A program made the position numbers and the translations under genes. The notes under the pieces are model-generated. The model was not told the DNA's origin, did no database searches, and was given only the letters and a program-made list of their open reading frames with translations. Positions 36,078 through 49,121 of a stretch of DNA of 64,000 bases are shown one piece after another (position 1 is the stretch's first letter; each line of letters begins with the position of its first letter). The stretch lies in the NCBI RefSeq assembly GCF_964204645.1, contig NC_134027.1:15470485-15534484 (forward strand). The letters run 5' to 3'. The stretch comes from Tubulanus polymorphus. Lineage: Eukaryota; Animalia; Nemertea.

Positions 36078-39000
36078 ATGGCTTTACAGAAAACCCGTCA
36101 TCGCTGCTTTGCACCTATATTTAAACTCTTAATATCGGACTTAGTACTAGCATTCAAAAACATTTATGCTGACTCTCAACAGCTCAAGGACCCTTACATC
36201 CATTTTCTGCTTAGATGGAAGTTATTGCTGTCGGATTATATCGGAAAACCATTGACTGACAAATATGTTAGTCAAACTGAATTTCGAAAATTTGTGTTGG
36301 GTAGGCCTACAGACGAAACCACGGAGATTGATATAGCTGCTCTTATCCACTCCATTGGCGATTATGTGAGGGATTTCATACAAAGAATTCTGAATTCTCC
36401 GGATAAATCGGACACCACAACTGACGGCGAAAAATCAGAATATACTCAATTTCAACCAGAAACTGGTATTTATGTACTTTCGGGTGGTTGTCTCGGGCTT
36501 ATGTTTTCATTGTACAAACGACAACGACGAAATGGAAATATATCAGCAAAGAGAAATCTAACTGTTTTGGGACGTATAATTGTATTGGATAAAAAGACTG
36601 AAAAAATACCGGTGGAGTTACGATGTCGTGACAGAGATGGACTATATGTATTCAGGAGAGAATATATGAAATTATTGAAATTACTTGATAATACAATTAT
36701 TCGTATAGTAAACGAACAGGAGTTTAAAAAACAAAAGAAAGCTATGATAAAGGTAATAAAAATTCTGCTGTTACATCATTTGAATCAGCTACATAACGGA
36801 TTACAAAATATTCGGTTCCTGAACTTCGCTGAAAAAGCTGAAACACTGAAAAGCTGAAACGCTGAAATAAAAACGCTGAAATTTCAGGGAATTTCCGAAA
36901 AACGCCGAAATTTCAGGGAATTCCCGAAAAACGCTGAAATCGTGCTAGGTACCGACAATACACGTTTTGAAATGTTTTCCGGGCCGGTGTCCGCTGACGA
37001 GTCCTGAACCGTGTTTTATGCTCTACCTTCGGTTACAGAGACATGCCTTAAGGTCGTCGTTCTGATCGACTTGATCGATTGCGTGGATTGTTAGATGTGG
37101 ATTGTTAGATGTGGATTGTGCGATTGTGCGATTGCGCATGCGCGGACTGGATAACACCTCTCAACCTTCGTGACCGAAAATTTCGCGAAAAATACCTTTA
37201 AAAACGTTATTGGACTAACTATAATTGCACAAAAACCATTCATAAAAGCTTCAGGATACTGGACATGGACTATCCAGCTACTAAGAACTTTGAAGGCTAG
37301 TTTTAATCAAGTTAAATCAACCTGATTACCAACCTGTGGAAAATGTCGAAAACCGGAAGTCGGCCATATTGGACAACTTAAAAACAAAAATATGCCATTC
37401 CCATTCTTCTACACATATATCGACATTATTAGGTGGCAACCTACACAATGGTGGCACACAGGAGTAGTCGTCCTGCTTATGCTGATGATAGCACACGATA
37501 TTCATACAATCCTGGCCCACGTACACAAAAATACCCGTGCGGAGTGTGCACGAAGGCAGTGCAATGGACGCAGAAAGGGATTGCTTGCGACATATGTAAC
37601 CTATGGTTCCACACAAACTGTGTTGGCATGTCTGACCGGCTATATGAACTTGAGACGTCCACCTCATTGTGGACATGTTACATATGCGGTACACCGAACT
37701 TTTCATCTACTCTCTTCACAACTACAGCGGCTGAATCGTTAAATATCAGCCACCCATCACTTCTTGACATATCGAGGACCTCGTCTCTTGACACTGATGG
37801 TAACACCTCGTCGCAGCATTTGGGTACACCAATACATGCCTCGTCACCGATAATGCCTAGAGGAACACAAAATAGACTTGAAACCCAGGATAGCTTTTCA
37901 AACTTGCATAGCCCATCATCGTCATGTGACACCTCTTCGCGAAACCCAGTAGCGGTGAAATGCAACGCGACGACGCGAACACTAGTGATCAACTTTCAGA
38001 GCATCCGCCCAAAAAAAGCCGAACTTTGGAATCTAATCACGTGCACTGATCCTGACATAATCCTCGGTTCTGAAACCTGGTTAAAGCCAGAGATACATAA
38101 CGCCGAAATTTTCCCGGAAGGTTACGACGTCTACCGCAAGGACAGGCATGATGAACATGGCGGCGTCCTTGTGGCGATCAAAAAACTATTAATCTCACAG
38201 GAGATCCAGATAAACACCACATCAGAGGCAGTATTTGTCCGCTTAGAAACCGACTGTAAAAACGAACCAATCATCGTCGGCTCGGTATACCGAACACCCT
38301 CACAATCAAGCGACGAACAGATGGACGCCATCTGTAAAGTCCTAGACGCTACAACCTCTAATTCTAAACCATCCACTTACTGGTGCGGTGGCGATTTCAA
38401 CTTACCAGACATCAACTGGGAAGATACCTGCATCGTCGGAAATCAGTACAAGAAATCTGTAAACGAGCTCTTTCTCGACAAAATTGACAACCTCGGACTG
38501 CAGCAAGTGAATAACCAACCCACCAGAGGTGATTCCATCCTCGAGATTTTCCTATCAAACAAACCAGGTCTAGTGACGCGGTGTGAAGTCCTACCTGGAC
38601 TTAGTGACCACGACATCCTACTCGTTGACAGCCGTATCCGCCCAACGAGAGCACGACCGATACCTCGTACAGTCAGCGTATGGAAAAAAGCCAAATTCGA
38701 CGAAATGAGAACAGACACCGCTAGATTCACACATGACTTCTGCACTCGTCATTCGACCTCAGAAGCACCAATCAATACCAAGTGGATAGAACTGCAAAAT
38801 CACCTACTCAAAATTCAAAAAGATCATGTTCCAACGACGACTACATCGACAAAATTCCACCAACCATGGATAAATCACGAACTCAAAAAGCTTTCCCGTC
38901 GTAAAGCCAGAGCTTGGAAAAAAGCCAAATCCAAATCAAAACGATCAAAACGATCAAAGGAACGATATCGTAGACTAAAACGCGAAACCAGGAAGGCAAA

Positions 39001-42000
39001 TCGGTCTGCTTACCACAAGTACATTGCAGAAATGCTCAGCAGTGATAGCAGCTCTAAGCGCATATGGAAATACATAAAAAGCAGAAAAACTGACATGACT
39101 GGTGTCGCTCCTCTTACAAGCGGTGGCATTACCTTCAGTGATAGTTCAACGAAGAGCAACATATTGAATAATCAGTTCTGCTCAGTCTTCACAAAAGAAG
39201 ATACCTCAAACTTTCCATCACTTGGAGAAAGCCCCTACCCACCGATGCCGGATATACAAGTATCCAATCATGGGGTATACTGCCTGTTGAAGAAAATCAA
39301 CCCAAGAAAAGCATGTGGACCAGACAATATTCCAGGTCGTATCCTTCAAGCCGTAGCGCAAGAAATAGCTCCGGCCGTCTGCCTACTGTTCAACGAATCG
39401 TTACGTACCGGTGAAATACCAGAAATTTGGAAACACGCCTTTGTGCAGCCAATCTTTAAAGCAGGTGATAGGAGTCAACCAGTAAACTATCGACCAATCT
39501 CACTTACATCAATATGCTCCAAGTTGCTTGAACACATCATCAGGAGCGAAATAACAAAACACCTTGAGACTCACCAAATTCTCACCGATGGGCAACACGG
39601 TTTCCGTAAAAACCGCTCCTGCGAGACTCAACTGATTCTTACAACCGATGATTTTAGCACAACTATTGACTCTGGTCTACAAACAGATGCCATATTATTG
39701 GACTTCTCGAAGGCATTTGATAAGGTGCCCCATCTGCGCCTCGGTGTAAAGCTCAACTACTATGGCATACGCGGCAGAACATTGACATGGATCGAGAACT
39801 TCCTGTCCAATAGAACTCAACAGGTGCTAGTAGAAAGTAAATACTCTGATATTGGACCTGTGACGTCAGGTGTGCCACAAGGCTCGGTACTTGGACCTAC
39901 ATTGTTTTTGATCTACATCAATGATTTGGGAAATGATACCCAATGCGTAGTACGTCTGTTTGCTGATGACACGATACTGTACGAACAAATTAAAACTCTG
40001 TCAGACACTGAACGCCTCCAAGACGACCTCACCAAACTGGGTGAATGGGAGAAACAATGGCAAATGGGGTTCAATGTCAAGAAATGCCATTCCATCACCA
40101 TTACACAGCGCAAGAAACCAATTGTAGCCACGTACCATCTGCACGGTCAACCCCTAGACCAAGTTGACAAGGCTAAATACCTTGGGCTAGTATTCAACAA
40201 GAACTTAACCTGGGGTGATCACATACAAGCAATAGCAGCAAAAGCCAACAGAGCGAGTGCCTTCGTCTACAGGAACCTGAAAGGCTGCCCAACTCAAGCT
40301 CACATTCAGTGTTACAAGACGCTCACTCGACCCATCGTTGAATATGCCTCTACAGTCTGGAGCCCATACCAAACAAAGCTCATCAACGAACTTGAGATGA
40401 CTCAACGTCGTGCTGCCAGAAGAATCAATCGTGATTTCAGTCGTTCTTCAAGCGCCACAGAATTAGTCCAACGCCTCGATCTTGAATCTCTTCAGACTCG
40501 CAGAAATGTCAACAAGGCCACGATGATGTACAAAATCATCAACGGACCTATCGACATTAAGGTGGACGACAGCATCATCACACCAGCAAGACGAGGCACA
40601 AGAGTAGCACATAGACTGATGGTACATCATACGAGGACCAACGTGAAGCTTCACTCCTTTTTCCCGTCAACTATCCGTCTATGGAATAGTGTACCAGAAG
40701 AGATATGTGCTGCGTCCTCAGCAGATGCATTCAAAGCTGCGCTCCTCCGGGAGTGGAGCTCCAAATAGATGCCTACACAACCTACACCGTTTTAACTGTA
40801 CATATTTGAATTTTAACCTAACTGATATCCAGTCCGAGCATCGCTGTCAAACGCTGTGGGACAATACCCAACTATGGGTCCTCCACATTATTCTAAAGAA
40901 GAAGAAGAAGTTTTTTTGCCATAGTTTTATGTGCATATACCGGTACGATCTAACAATGAAGTTATCACTTCATTTGAATAAATTCTTAATCACAGTAATA
41001 TTAATTGACAATATTTTTTCTTATGTTTGGTGATTTCTTGCAACTTATCATTGCCAAGTCTCATACAAGTAGTAGCTGAATGAAAGTACAGTTAGGCTGA
41101 ACCTGATAACCCAAATTAAGTGCTAGCATGGAACTAATGATTATTTTGATTCTATTTTCGGTGTCATTGAAATTCGTTAATAAAGGTTCAACCGTCATAG
41201 TATACTGTACTTAGCATTGCTACAATTGGGTGCCATATTTCTACAATTTCTACAAGGAGGAAGGAATCTTTAAGTGTCTTTGTTCCCGGGTAGGGTACGG
41301 GGTAAAACCTGGTTTACTTTCTCTTTCGACTTGCCGGAGACTACTATCTGCAATGTATTGCATGCTTTGATGTGTCTGGCCTATAGGAGTCGAACGATAT
41401 TTTTTTCCCATACACAGGCTTGGCTTTAGTGTAGATGAAGGCTAGGCACTGCACATTGTGGATTGACTGGAACTCTTAACTCACAAAATTAAACGAGTCA
41501 ACAAGAAAGATCCAATAATTGGACATTTGTCTAACTATATTATTTAACAGCTTGAAATAAAACATAACACATTCTGCAAGAGTATACAAAGGAAATCAGT
41601 TCTTACATTATATCAGAATCAATAGTTCGCTTAACTCTGGCTAGAATTCTGGTTCCATTGCTTCATATTCTAATGAAATCCACTAGTATACCTTAGAATA
41701 TCGCTTAGCTTAAGACTAAAAATTTGGTACCAGGAAACAGGGAAGAAAAGTGGGTGTACTGTACATCCGCAATTGACTTATTTCTCTCTGGTTGAATTAA
41801 GTTATTATTGAAATAGCATTCGAATAGCCATTTTATTTTTAAAAATTGTGTCGTTCAGCTATCCTGCTGCAAATTTCGCAGTTGAAGTTTACTGGTGCCA
41901 TCTGATTTCTCAGTATCTCAAAAAATTTGCACATTCTAAGCCTGAATCTAAAAATAGAAAAAGGTGCTTAGTAAATAAATACTGAAATTAAACTTACAAA

Positions 42001-43311
42001 ACACCCAGTACTTGAGATGATGTACTTGACAAGAAGTGTCACCAGCTAAGCAAATCAACTTTGTCTATGACTCCTCCTTTTATAGATTCAGTAGTAGTCT
42101 AAAAATAAGAATCGGTACATTTTTCTAACAGTTGGTATGTCATTTCTTCAAAAAAACTAATTATTATCACGCCACAGCAAATAAATTATTCACAGTTGTT
42201 GAATGGTTAGCCCGATTTAGATTAATTGGTTGACGCTAATCAGTATGACCCATATGTAGGGGCCTACTGCATGCCATTGGCGTCAATCCATTCCATTCCA
42301 TTCCACAGTGAATTAAAAAGAAATTTAGTTAGATCCCTTTTGTCCAAAAGCTGCATCATTTATATAACTAGCTGTCAAATTTAATTTACCTCCTTCAGAG
42401 AATACCATAGTGACATAGTTCGTCGCCCATCAACGTGTTGACAAAAGAAAAGTTGCTCCATGTTTTATACATGAACGTTCAAATAAGATATTTTGCGTCT
42501 TGCAGGGAATATTGAGCATAGTGTTTAAGGTAGCTTGCACGGTTTGTGAATGGGTTTTCCTCATTATGCTGCCTGTATGCATTAAAAATCCGGATTTCAA
42601 GCGAATTAATTTGTCCAACAAGTGGCCCTCTAGAAGTATACTCCACACATACTGTCCATGCATGTCTCTGTAACCGAAGGTAGAGACTAAAACACGGTTC
42701 AGGACTCAGCAGCGGACACCGGCCCGGAAAATATTTCAAAACGTGTATTGTCGGTACCTAGCACGATTTCAGCGTTTTTCGGGAATTCCCTGAAATTTCG
42801 GCGTTTTTCGGAAATTCCCTGAAATTTCAGCGTTTTTATTTCAGCGTTTCAGCGTTTCAGTGATTCAGCTTTTTCAGCGAAGTTCAGGAACCGCAAAATA
42901 TTCTAACTAATCCATTTATTTCTTTAGACTGCCAGTACTGAAGTTCAGCCGAACAAAGAAATGGAATCCATTTTCTTTAAATTGACAACTACCAGACTTG
43001 GACTGGCATTAGCCCAAGAATTGTCACCGAACATTTATTTGGTTTGGCAAGATTTTATAAGAAAGTATACACATGCGCGTATAAATGGATTTATTGTGGG
43101 TCACTTCGAGAAATTGAGTGAAAAGGCTGGTAAACGGCTAAAGGGCGGTTCAAATCTACGTGAACAATTATACAGTGTCAGCAAGGCAAATTGCGTTGTT
43201 CTCCAGCATCAAATAACAGAGCTACTGCCAAGAAATCATCAACATCAAAGACGACAAAAAAGACTAAGAAATAGGTTATTGGCTAATAGAAATATCAAAA
43301 AAAGTATTTGA
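36078..43311 (+). CDS. Two-exon partner gene of the P-like element (exons ~36078-36751 and ~42929-43311)
   Basis: Donor AAG|GTAATA and acceptor TTCTTTAG|ACT join the two ORFs in frame. The intron carries the 36813-42893 insertion. Motifs YVLSGG, RDRDGL, RKYTHARI, LREQL. Confidence 0.55.
37140..40910 (+). mobile_element. CR1/L2-group non-LTR retrotransposon; 5' boundary approximate
   Basis: Single PHD-APE-RT ORF, short 3' UTR, (GAA)n tail ending at 40910. Confidence 0.9.
37433..40768 (+). CDS. PHD finger + APE endonuclease + reverse transcriptase
   Basis: CGVC...CDIC..WFHTNC...CYIC; SETWL, GDFN, SDHD; LDFSKAFD, GVPQGSVLGP, LFADD. Open from NPGP (37508) to the stop. Confidence 0.95.
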   Translation: MATYTMVAHRSSRPAYADDSTRYSYNPGPRTQKYPCGVCTKAVQWTQKGIACDICNLWFHTNCVGMSDRLYELETSTSLWTCYICGTPNFSSTLFTTTAAESLNISHPSLLDISRTSSLDTDGNTSSQHLGTPIHASSPIMPRGTQNRLETQDSFSNLHSPSSSCDTSSRNPVAVKCNATTRTLVINFQSIRPKKAELWNLITCTDPDIILGSETWLKPEIHNAEIFPEGYDVYRKDRHDEHGGVLVAIKKLLISQEIQINTTSEAVFVRLETDCKNEPIIVGSVYRTPSQSSDEQMDAICKVLDATTSNSKPSTYWCGGDFNLPDINWEDTCIVGNQYKKSVNELFLDKIDNLGLQQVNNQPTRGDSILEIFLSNKPGLVTRCEVLPGLSDHDILLVDSRIRPTRARPIPRTVSVWKKAKFDEMRTDTARFTHDFCTRHSTSEAPINTKWIELQNHLLKIQKDHVPTTTTSTKFHQPWINHELKKLSRRKARAWKKAKSKSKRSKRSKERYRRLKRETRKANRSAYHKYIAEMLSSDSSSKRIWKYIKSRKTDMTGVAPLTSGGITFSDSSTKSNILNNQFCSVFTKEDTSNFPSLGESPYPPMPDIQVSNHGVYCLLKKINPRKACGPDNIPGRILQAVAQEIAPAVCLLFNESLRTGEIPEIWKHAFVQPIFKAGDRSQPVNYRPISLTSICSKLLEHIIRSEITKHLETHQILTDGQHGFRKNRSCETQLILTTDDFSTTIDSGLQTDAILLDFSKAFDKVPHLRLGVKLNYYGIRGRTLTWIENFLSNRTQQVLVESKYSDIGPVTSGVPQGSVLGPTLFLIYINDLGNDTQCVVRLFADDTILYEQIKTLSDTERLQDDLTKLGEWEKQWQMGFNVKKCHSITITQRKKPIVATYHLHGQPLDQVDKAKYLGLVFNKNLTWGDHIQAIAAKANRASAFVYRNLKGCPTQAHIQCYKTLTRPIVEYASTVWSPYQTKLINELEMTQRRAARRINRDFSRSSSATELVQRLDLESLQTRRNVNKATMMYKIINGPIDIKVDDSIITPARRGTRVAHRLMVHHTRTNVKLHSFFPSTIRLWNSVPEEICAASSADAFKAALLREWSSK

Positions 43312-43425
43312 ATTGATAAAATTTAAATTTGAATATATATGTCTGCCAATTTCACAAAAATACAATTTTCAATATTTGATATATAAATAGGAAATAAAGC
43401 GATTTAAATGTACACAACATGCATC

Positions 43426-46400
43426 TTATTTTCTCATCAAAGGCACATCTTTCGTGTAAAGAGGTGTATCCCGGTAAAAGTTTCTTTTGTTCTTATTCTG
43501 ATGTCCATGAACTTCCCTACGCAGCATTACAGTTCGTCTAGCCTGAGGGTAATTCAGAGAAGTTAGTTTTCCCCCTACACAATGTTTAAATTGTGAAAAC
43601 AAAGTTTCCACGGCACTACCATTCACAGTGAGTGGTGTGATGTAATAATCTGGAAACTCGGTCAGATATTCATCACAGAAACCTAGGAAGCCAAAAACCA
43701 TCACTCGCAACAAATCATATGTCTGCAATATAAGCGTAGACCGAAACATAAACGTATGGGAACCTTCAAAAATTGAATACGAGTTGAAACAATGACAACG
43801 TGACTTACCTGCCAACTGATAAATTTTTTCTGGGATGGTGCAGTCATTTTAAAATTTTCGCCACCTGTAATGAAATTTTTTGTAAATGAAATATGTGTCT
43901 GAAAAGACTACATGTAGACACTATGGCTGTTCAACTTACATTCTCTGTGAAGTCGATCGCACCACTCTTTAAAGAAGTTAAATCCGATCAGTATGTTTTG
44001 AATGATTTGACTATCTAAATTTTGAATCCGGCTATTATCTGCGTTATTCCGTTTTCCGCTTTTGAGCAGGCCATCTTCAAACAATTTGCTGCAAGCAGAT
44101 AGGTAGTTGTATGTCGCCATGACATGATCTGCTTCAATTGGGGGTGGGTTATTGTCGGGATTTGCGAAACTAAATAGTTCAGCCAGCACTTCAGGTTGCT
44201 AAAAATAAAAAATTGATAATGCGCTAATGCTTAACTACAATACCAAACGTTAAAAAAAATTATGAATGCCAGAAAATTTACATGCATGATTTTTGCTGGC
44301 TTAACATTTAATTTGGTCCATGCATCCCTGTCAATAAATGACTTATTGAGTCCAGGAACCATCCTTATCTGGCCGCTATCTCTCCTTTGTGTTTCCCGAT
44401 TCCACAAACCCTTTATTTCCTCCCATCCGAAATTCACACTGTTTCTTCCTCCAGTGACGAATTCTTTATTCCCTCCCGGTTGGCTCGCCCATAGCTGATT
44501 TATCAAATTTTTCATCTGCAAAAATAATTTAGAACTCTGCAGTGGCTGAAACATTTCTAGAGTACCACAATCAAAGCAATGAATGTATTTTGTGTGACAG
44601 TTCGTACCTGGTGTGATGGACATATGATAAAATAAATATTCTTTTTACCGGCTCATGGGGGTTCATCATTCGGGGTGAAACGCTGTGTAGGTCATTCGGA
44701 TTTCGGTGATTGAGTCCAAAAGCACCATGTGGATAACCAGACAGCATCTTAATCATAGACAGATTAGTACTTGCTCCATCTGTGACTACTGCCCTTGTCT
44801 GAAATATAAATTAATTATTTGAAATACACAGAATATTTGACGGATATGAATTCAGATTATCGATCACTTATTAACTAATTCCATATACATACCTTGAATC
44901 CGTAATTGTAGAATATCTTTACTACATCAAATAAGCAAGCTGTAGTAAATGCCGCATCCATAGTCGTGTGACAGCTGAAATATGGACCGATTACATCGAA
45001 ATCACTACTAAGATCTCTCCATAAGAACTGGAGTTCATATTCAGCAGTTTCTGGGGCCAAATCTCCAGATATAGATTTAAAGATATCCTTTAGCGATGTC
45101 ATTTCGGTGTAATCCATCGCTAGTCCGTTTAATTGTTTGTTTTTGCTGTTCCAAGCAACTTTGCCTATAACTTTGACTTCGTCAAGGATGATAACACCTG
45201 TCGAATTGGGCCGTTTTCTGCCTTTCGTCTCACACTCACTTATCCACAGTTGGTATCGGGAATAAATGTTCTGAAGATATTCCTCGTAGCTTTCTGTTCC
45301 TGGGGCCTGTAACAATGCGGTTGAGTAATGTTGTAGGGAGCTCCGTGAGGGTAATTAAAAAATCCCCCATTCCTGTATAGCTTCATAAGCGGCGGGACTA
45401 CGAGCATAAATCGACACCGCGATGCAATATGTCACCATACTCCATCGATTACCTCTTTCGTCATTCCCTAAAATAGGAATGAAATAATGTATTATTGAAA
45501 TAAATATATAATTATTTTTCATCTATTGGAGATCGCATTGAAATATAACAAAACTTACTATTTCGCTCTTGATCTGCATCCCATGCAGATTTTATCCTTT
45601 CAAAAGTGTCTTCACTCTCCTCTTTCGCCTCATCAAAAATTTCGCTCAGATGCTCGGAATTAACACTGGAACAGAACTTCGCTAAGTCATCACTTTGGCT
45701 CGAGTCCAATTCAACATCGTATACGTCCGCGAGTTTAATCAAAGTTTGTTCTAGTCGCCTTTTCACATGTCTTGAATGTGAACTTTTGCGTTCAATCCGT
45801 CGCTTTTTACTTTTTGGAGTCAAATGATTGATCGGATAATTGGAATTAGGCTGCGAACGTTCTGATTTTATTTGCGCGGGAGTTGAAGAGGCTGAAACTT
45901 TGATTTCACGGTTATTTATCTTCCTTAATTCACGGAATGCCTTCGAACATTCTTGGCAGTGAGAATTTCCATGCAACTTGTCGTTTCGTTCATCTACTGT
46001 TGCATTAAACCGTAGTAGTTTGTACCATTTTAGACATTTCGATGACACAAAATACTGCTCCGTTAGATACTTCTCTATCAGAAATGATGGTTTATAATGG
46101 ACCGAACTACAAACATCTTATTCGCTTTTCGAAATTCCAGAACAAAACGCGTAGTCTGTTGACAATCTTGATAAAGCTTTGTCTATTTCATTCCACTCAA
46201 TTCCGTGCCCATTTTCGAATGAACTTTCGAACAGAAGTTCATTACAAATCAGGTGTTTTATTTCCCCAGATGAATAGATCACAATCCGCGACACAGTTAG
46301 CGGTCCGCCACGGTTGATACCAATATCACAAATTCCACGACTCAATTCTAGGAATATATCTTTTCCACAAGATAAAATTCGCGAATGAATCAGAGGATAA

Positions 46401-46540
46401 ACTCAATTAATGTAATTCAAAATTTCCGTCAGAATTGTTGATCCAGTATTAACAAAAACTTTGGTACCGCCAGTTTGTGTCGAGTTATCAGAACTTTCCT
46501 TCTGAATTACTATTGGAACATATAGTACAGGCAATGACAT
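43426..46540 (-). pseudogene. P-element-superfamily transposase, intron-containing, with in-frame stops
   Basis: RW...SPAAY...LPSRSSL, IILDEVKV, DGASTN, AWTKLNVKPA, NGSAVETLFSQFK. GT-AG introns separate the ORF pieces. Stops near 46403, 46118 and 45356. Confidence 0.8.
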
Positions 46541-48208
46541 TTTCAAAATAAAATTCAGTTGTAAGCTTTGTGACTTTGTCGAGCAAATGCAAAGAAATGT
46601 ATGAACTCCTGGGTTTATATTCCTGCAAGATAGGCCTCCCATCTGGAATGTGTCATCTTTATGGATGGTAACTGCCATTCTTTTATTGAGGTTAGGCCTA
46701 CTTGAGGTGACCTTTGAGTGACACCACAATTGTAACCATGGACTTATACACTCAAGCAAAGTAAATGGATTATGTATTTCTGACTCATTTATACAGCCAT
46801 GATGCAAAATGCTCAAAGTTATGTCAATGATTGGACTCTGCTTTAAGAGTCTGTGATGTAACTAATCAATCAATGATTTGTGAACTATTGTTGGTTATCA
46901 TAGTGTGACAGTATTTCATGTTGTAAGGATTGAGAAAATAAATTGCTAGATGTTTATTTATCGAGGGCAACATGAATTCCCTGAAAACTTGGTATTGGGT
47001 TCATATATTTTCAGTAAACTCAAAAATGTCATCAAAAATACCAAAAATACGTATGCCTTTATGAATTTATGATGTTCTTGGGTTTTTCAATTATGTTCTA
47101 AGATATGATTGCCACGAACAATACAAATCGTTAATTTTAAGTAAGAGATTATTATCATAATATCAGTATATATTTCATTTTTTCAATATCTACCCTTTAG
47201 TTTTCAAGAGTTTTAAGGCCTGTTATGGCTTTATAATTTATTTAGAATTTTAGAATCTATTTAACATCAGACTCTCAAATTCAAATTATCGAAAAGAAAG
47301 TGAAATGAGATTTCAGTTAAAAATCAGCAAAATCTTAAATTTTGCTATTTCCCTCTGGTATACTCCAAGCGGAGTGTTATCATGTTTGTAGAACAAATCG
47401 GAATATGTTCCCTCTAAGTTGCCTTTGCCCTATGCTCATGTATTAGGGTGTCGCAATACCAAAATTCAGGTCATGCTGAAATAGCGATATCGTGAGTCTT
47501 AATTTATCAGCCATTCGCATCCTCTGTTGTGCTGTAACCTCTTGATTACATCCATATGCTAATATGATGGGTACTACTACCAGAGCCATCTGTGAACAAC
47601 CATAGAGCCCACTACAATGCATGTGAACACCTTTTGAGAGTGAAAAATTGCTCAAACTCATTCGCCATCTAGTGGAATACCAACGCATAAAAGGTTTTAT
47701 GAACTTATTCATTCAATAGAGGAAGGCTAGCTGAAACCAGTGATACCAAGATCATATTTTTACGACTATTTGTCTGTGAGCTATTTGCCACCGAAGATGG
47801 GTGGTTTACAGGCTTTTATAAGTTGTACATTTTTCCTCCTTTATGTATTTTTGATTTTACCAATAGACCATCAGCATTTTAGAATCCCAATTTGCCTCCG
47901 TAATTCGAAAAAACCACGGCAAAAAATGTGACACAGAATAAATGTACAGAAGAATTCAGCAGTGAGCCGCGTGTGAGCATATGGCCGTGCGTATAGTATC
48001 AGCTGAGTGAGTCTATATATAGCACAGTCAATCGGCGATGATAGTATACACAGCACTCTCAAACATCGTCGGGCGCCGTATTGTCAGCCTCTTACATCGT
48101 CAATTAAGACGAACTAATTGACAAATGAGTGAATAAAAATCTCTGATGACAGGCTAAATAGATGGGAAAATTGGGAAGATGTCTTACAGTTTACTTTCAT
48201 TACAGTAA

Positions 48209-48381
48209 GGGATCATTCATTTATTACGTACGCATAAAATTTCACTTAATCAACAATACCCCTCCCCCTGTACGCAAAATCGGCCATTTTCTCATATACA
48301 TTAATATATACATATATATAATATATACATACGCACTTACCCCCCTCTTCCCTTATGCATTCGTAAAAAATGAATGATCCC
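48209..48381. mobile_element. PIF/Harbinger (Tourist-like) MITE
   Basis: TAA|GGGATCATTCATTT...AAATGAATGATCCC|TAA. Confidence 0.8.
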
Positions 48382-48480
48382 TAATATTGCAGAATTCATT
48401 CAGCTAATGTTACATTGTACGACAGGAATGTCACTTAAATGCCTACACTAATGGTGGCTGTTTTCTCCATTTTTCAGATC

Positions 48481-49121
48481 ATGTCTGACATACCAGAACA
48501 ATTTGCAAATCTGCAGATGAAGATATCTACCGTTGAAATAAAGCTGTTAAACGATATTAAAGAAGCTGAGCTCAGCATCCACAGAGAGCTCAGTAAGTCA
48601 AACCAATCTAATTTTCCTATTTTACAAGGAACTGTCCTGAACATAGGCAGGACATTGCAAACATTACAGGCAAACGTCAGAGAGTTTTGTATGGACTTGG
48701 ATGATGCAAACTCAGGTCAGAAAGAGTATTGCAACGCTGAAGTCCTCTATAGTGAAATCTGGAACCATGCCATTAGCTCAGTCTACCCCAGTTAAGATGA
48801 CGTCTAACCCGATTAAGCCTCTGTCTAACCCAGTTAAGAGGAAATTCGAGTCTGATGAAAATTTAGGACAACCACCAGCAAAGAAATCTCTGCTATATGA
48901 CATTTCTAGCACAGATGATTCGGATTTGTCTAAAGCACTTGATGAATCCATCAACCATAAGCAGAGATATGACAAAAATGAACAGTCAGAAGCCGAAGTT
49001 ATCAATAATCTCTCAGGGTCAAAAGGTGACAATAATGGTGAGGGAAAACGCGATGAACAAAAAGGAGGTGTTAGTGACCGAAGCCGAGGCTATGAATATC
49101 ATCCAGAATGATAGTACATAA
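48481..49121 (+). pseudogene. Frameshifted hypothetical gene upstream of the Helitron RepHel, possibly Helitron cargo
   Basis: Three overlapping + ORFs follow a TTTTCAG acceptor. NLS-like PPAKK; AATAAA downstream. Confidence 0.35.

Larger units (their letters stand above)
36813..42893. mobile_element. Long-TIR DNA transposon with 9-bp TSD (Mutator-like), no intact transposase seen
   Basis: ~234-bp TIRs (36813-37046, 42660-42893) with GCTGAAA repeats. TSD CAAAATATT at 36804-36812 and 42894-42902. Confidence 0.88.

Noticed and set aside
37326-40654. Minus-strand ORFs over the LINE, and plus-strand ORFs over BEL pol
   Set aside because: Antisense shadows of long coding frames with no motifs.
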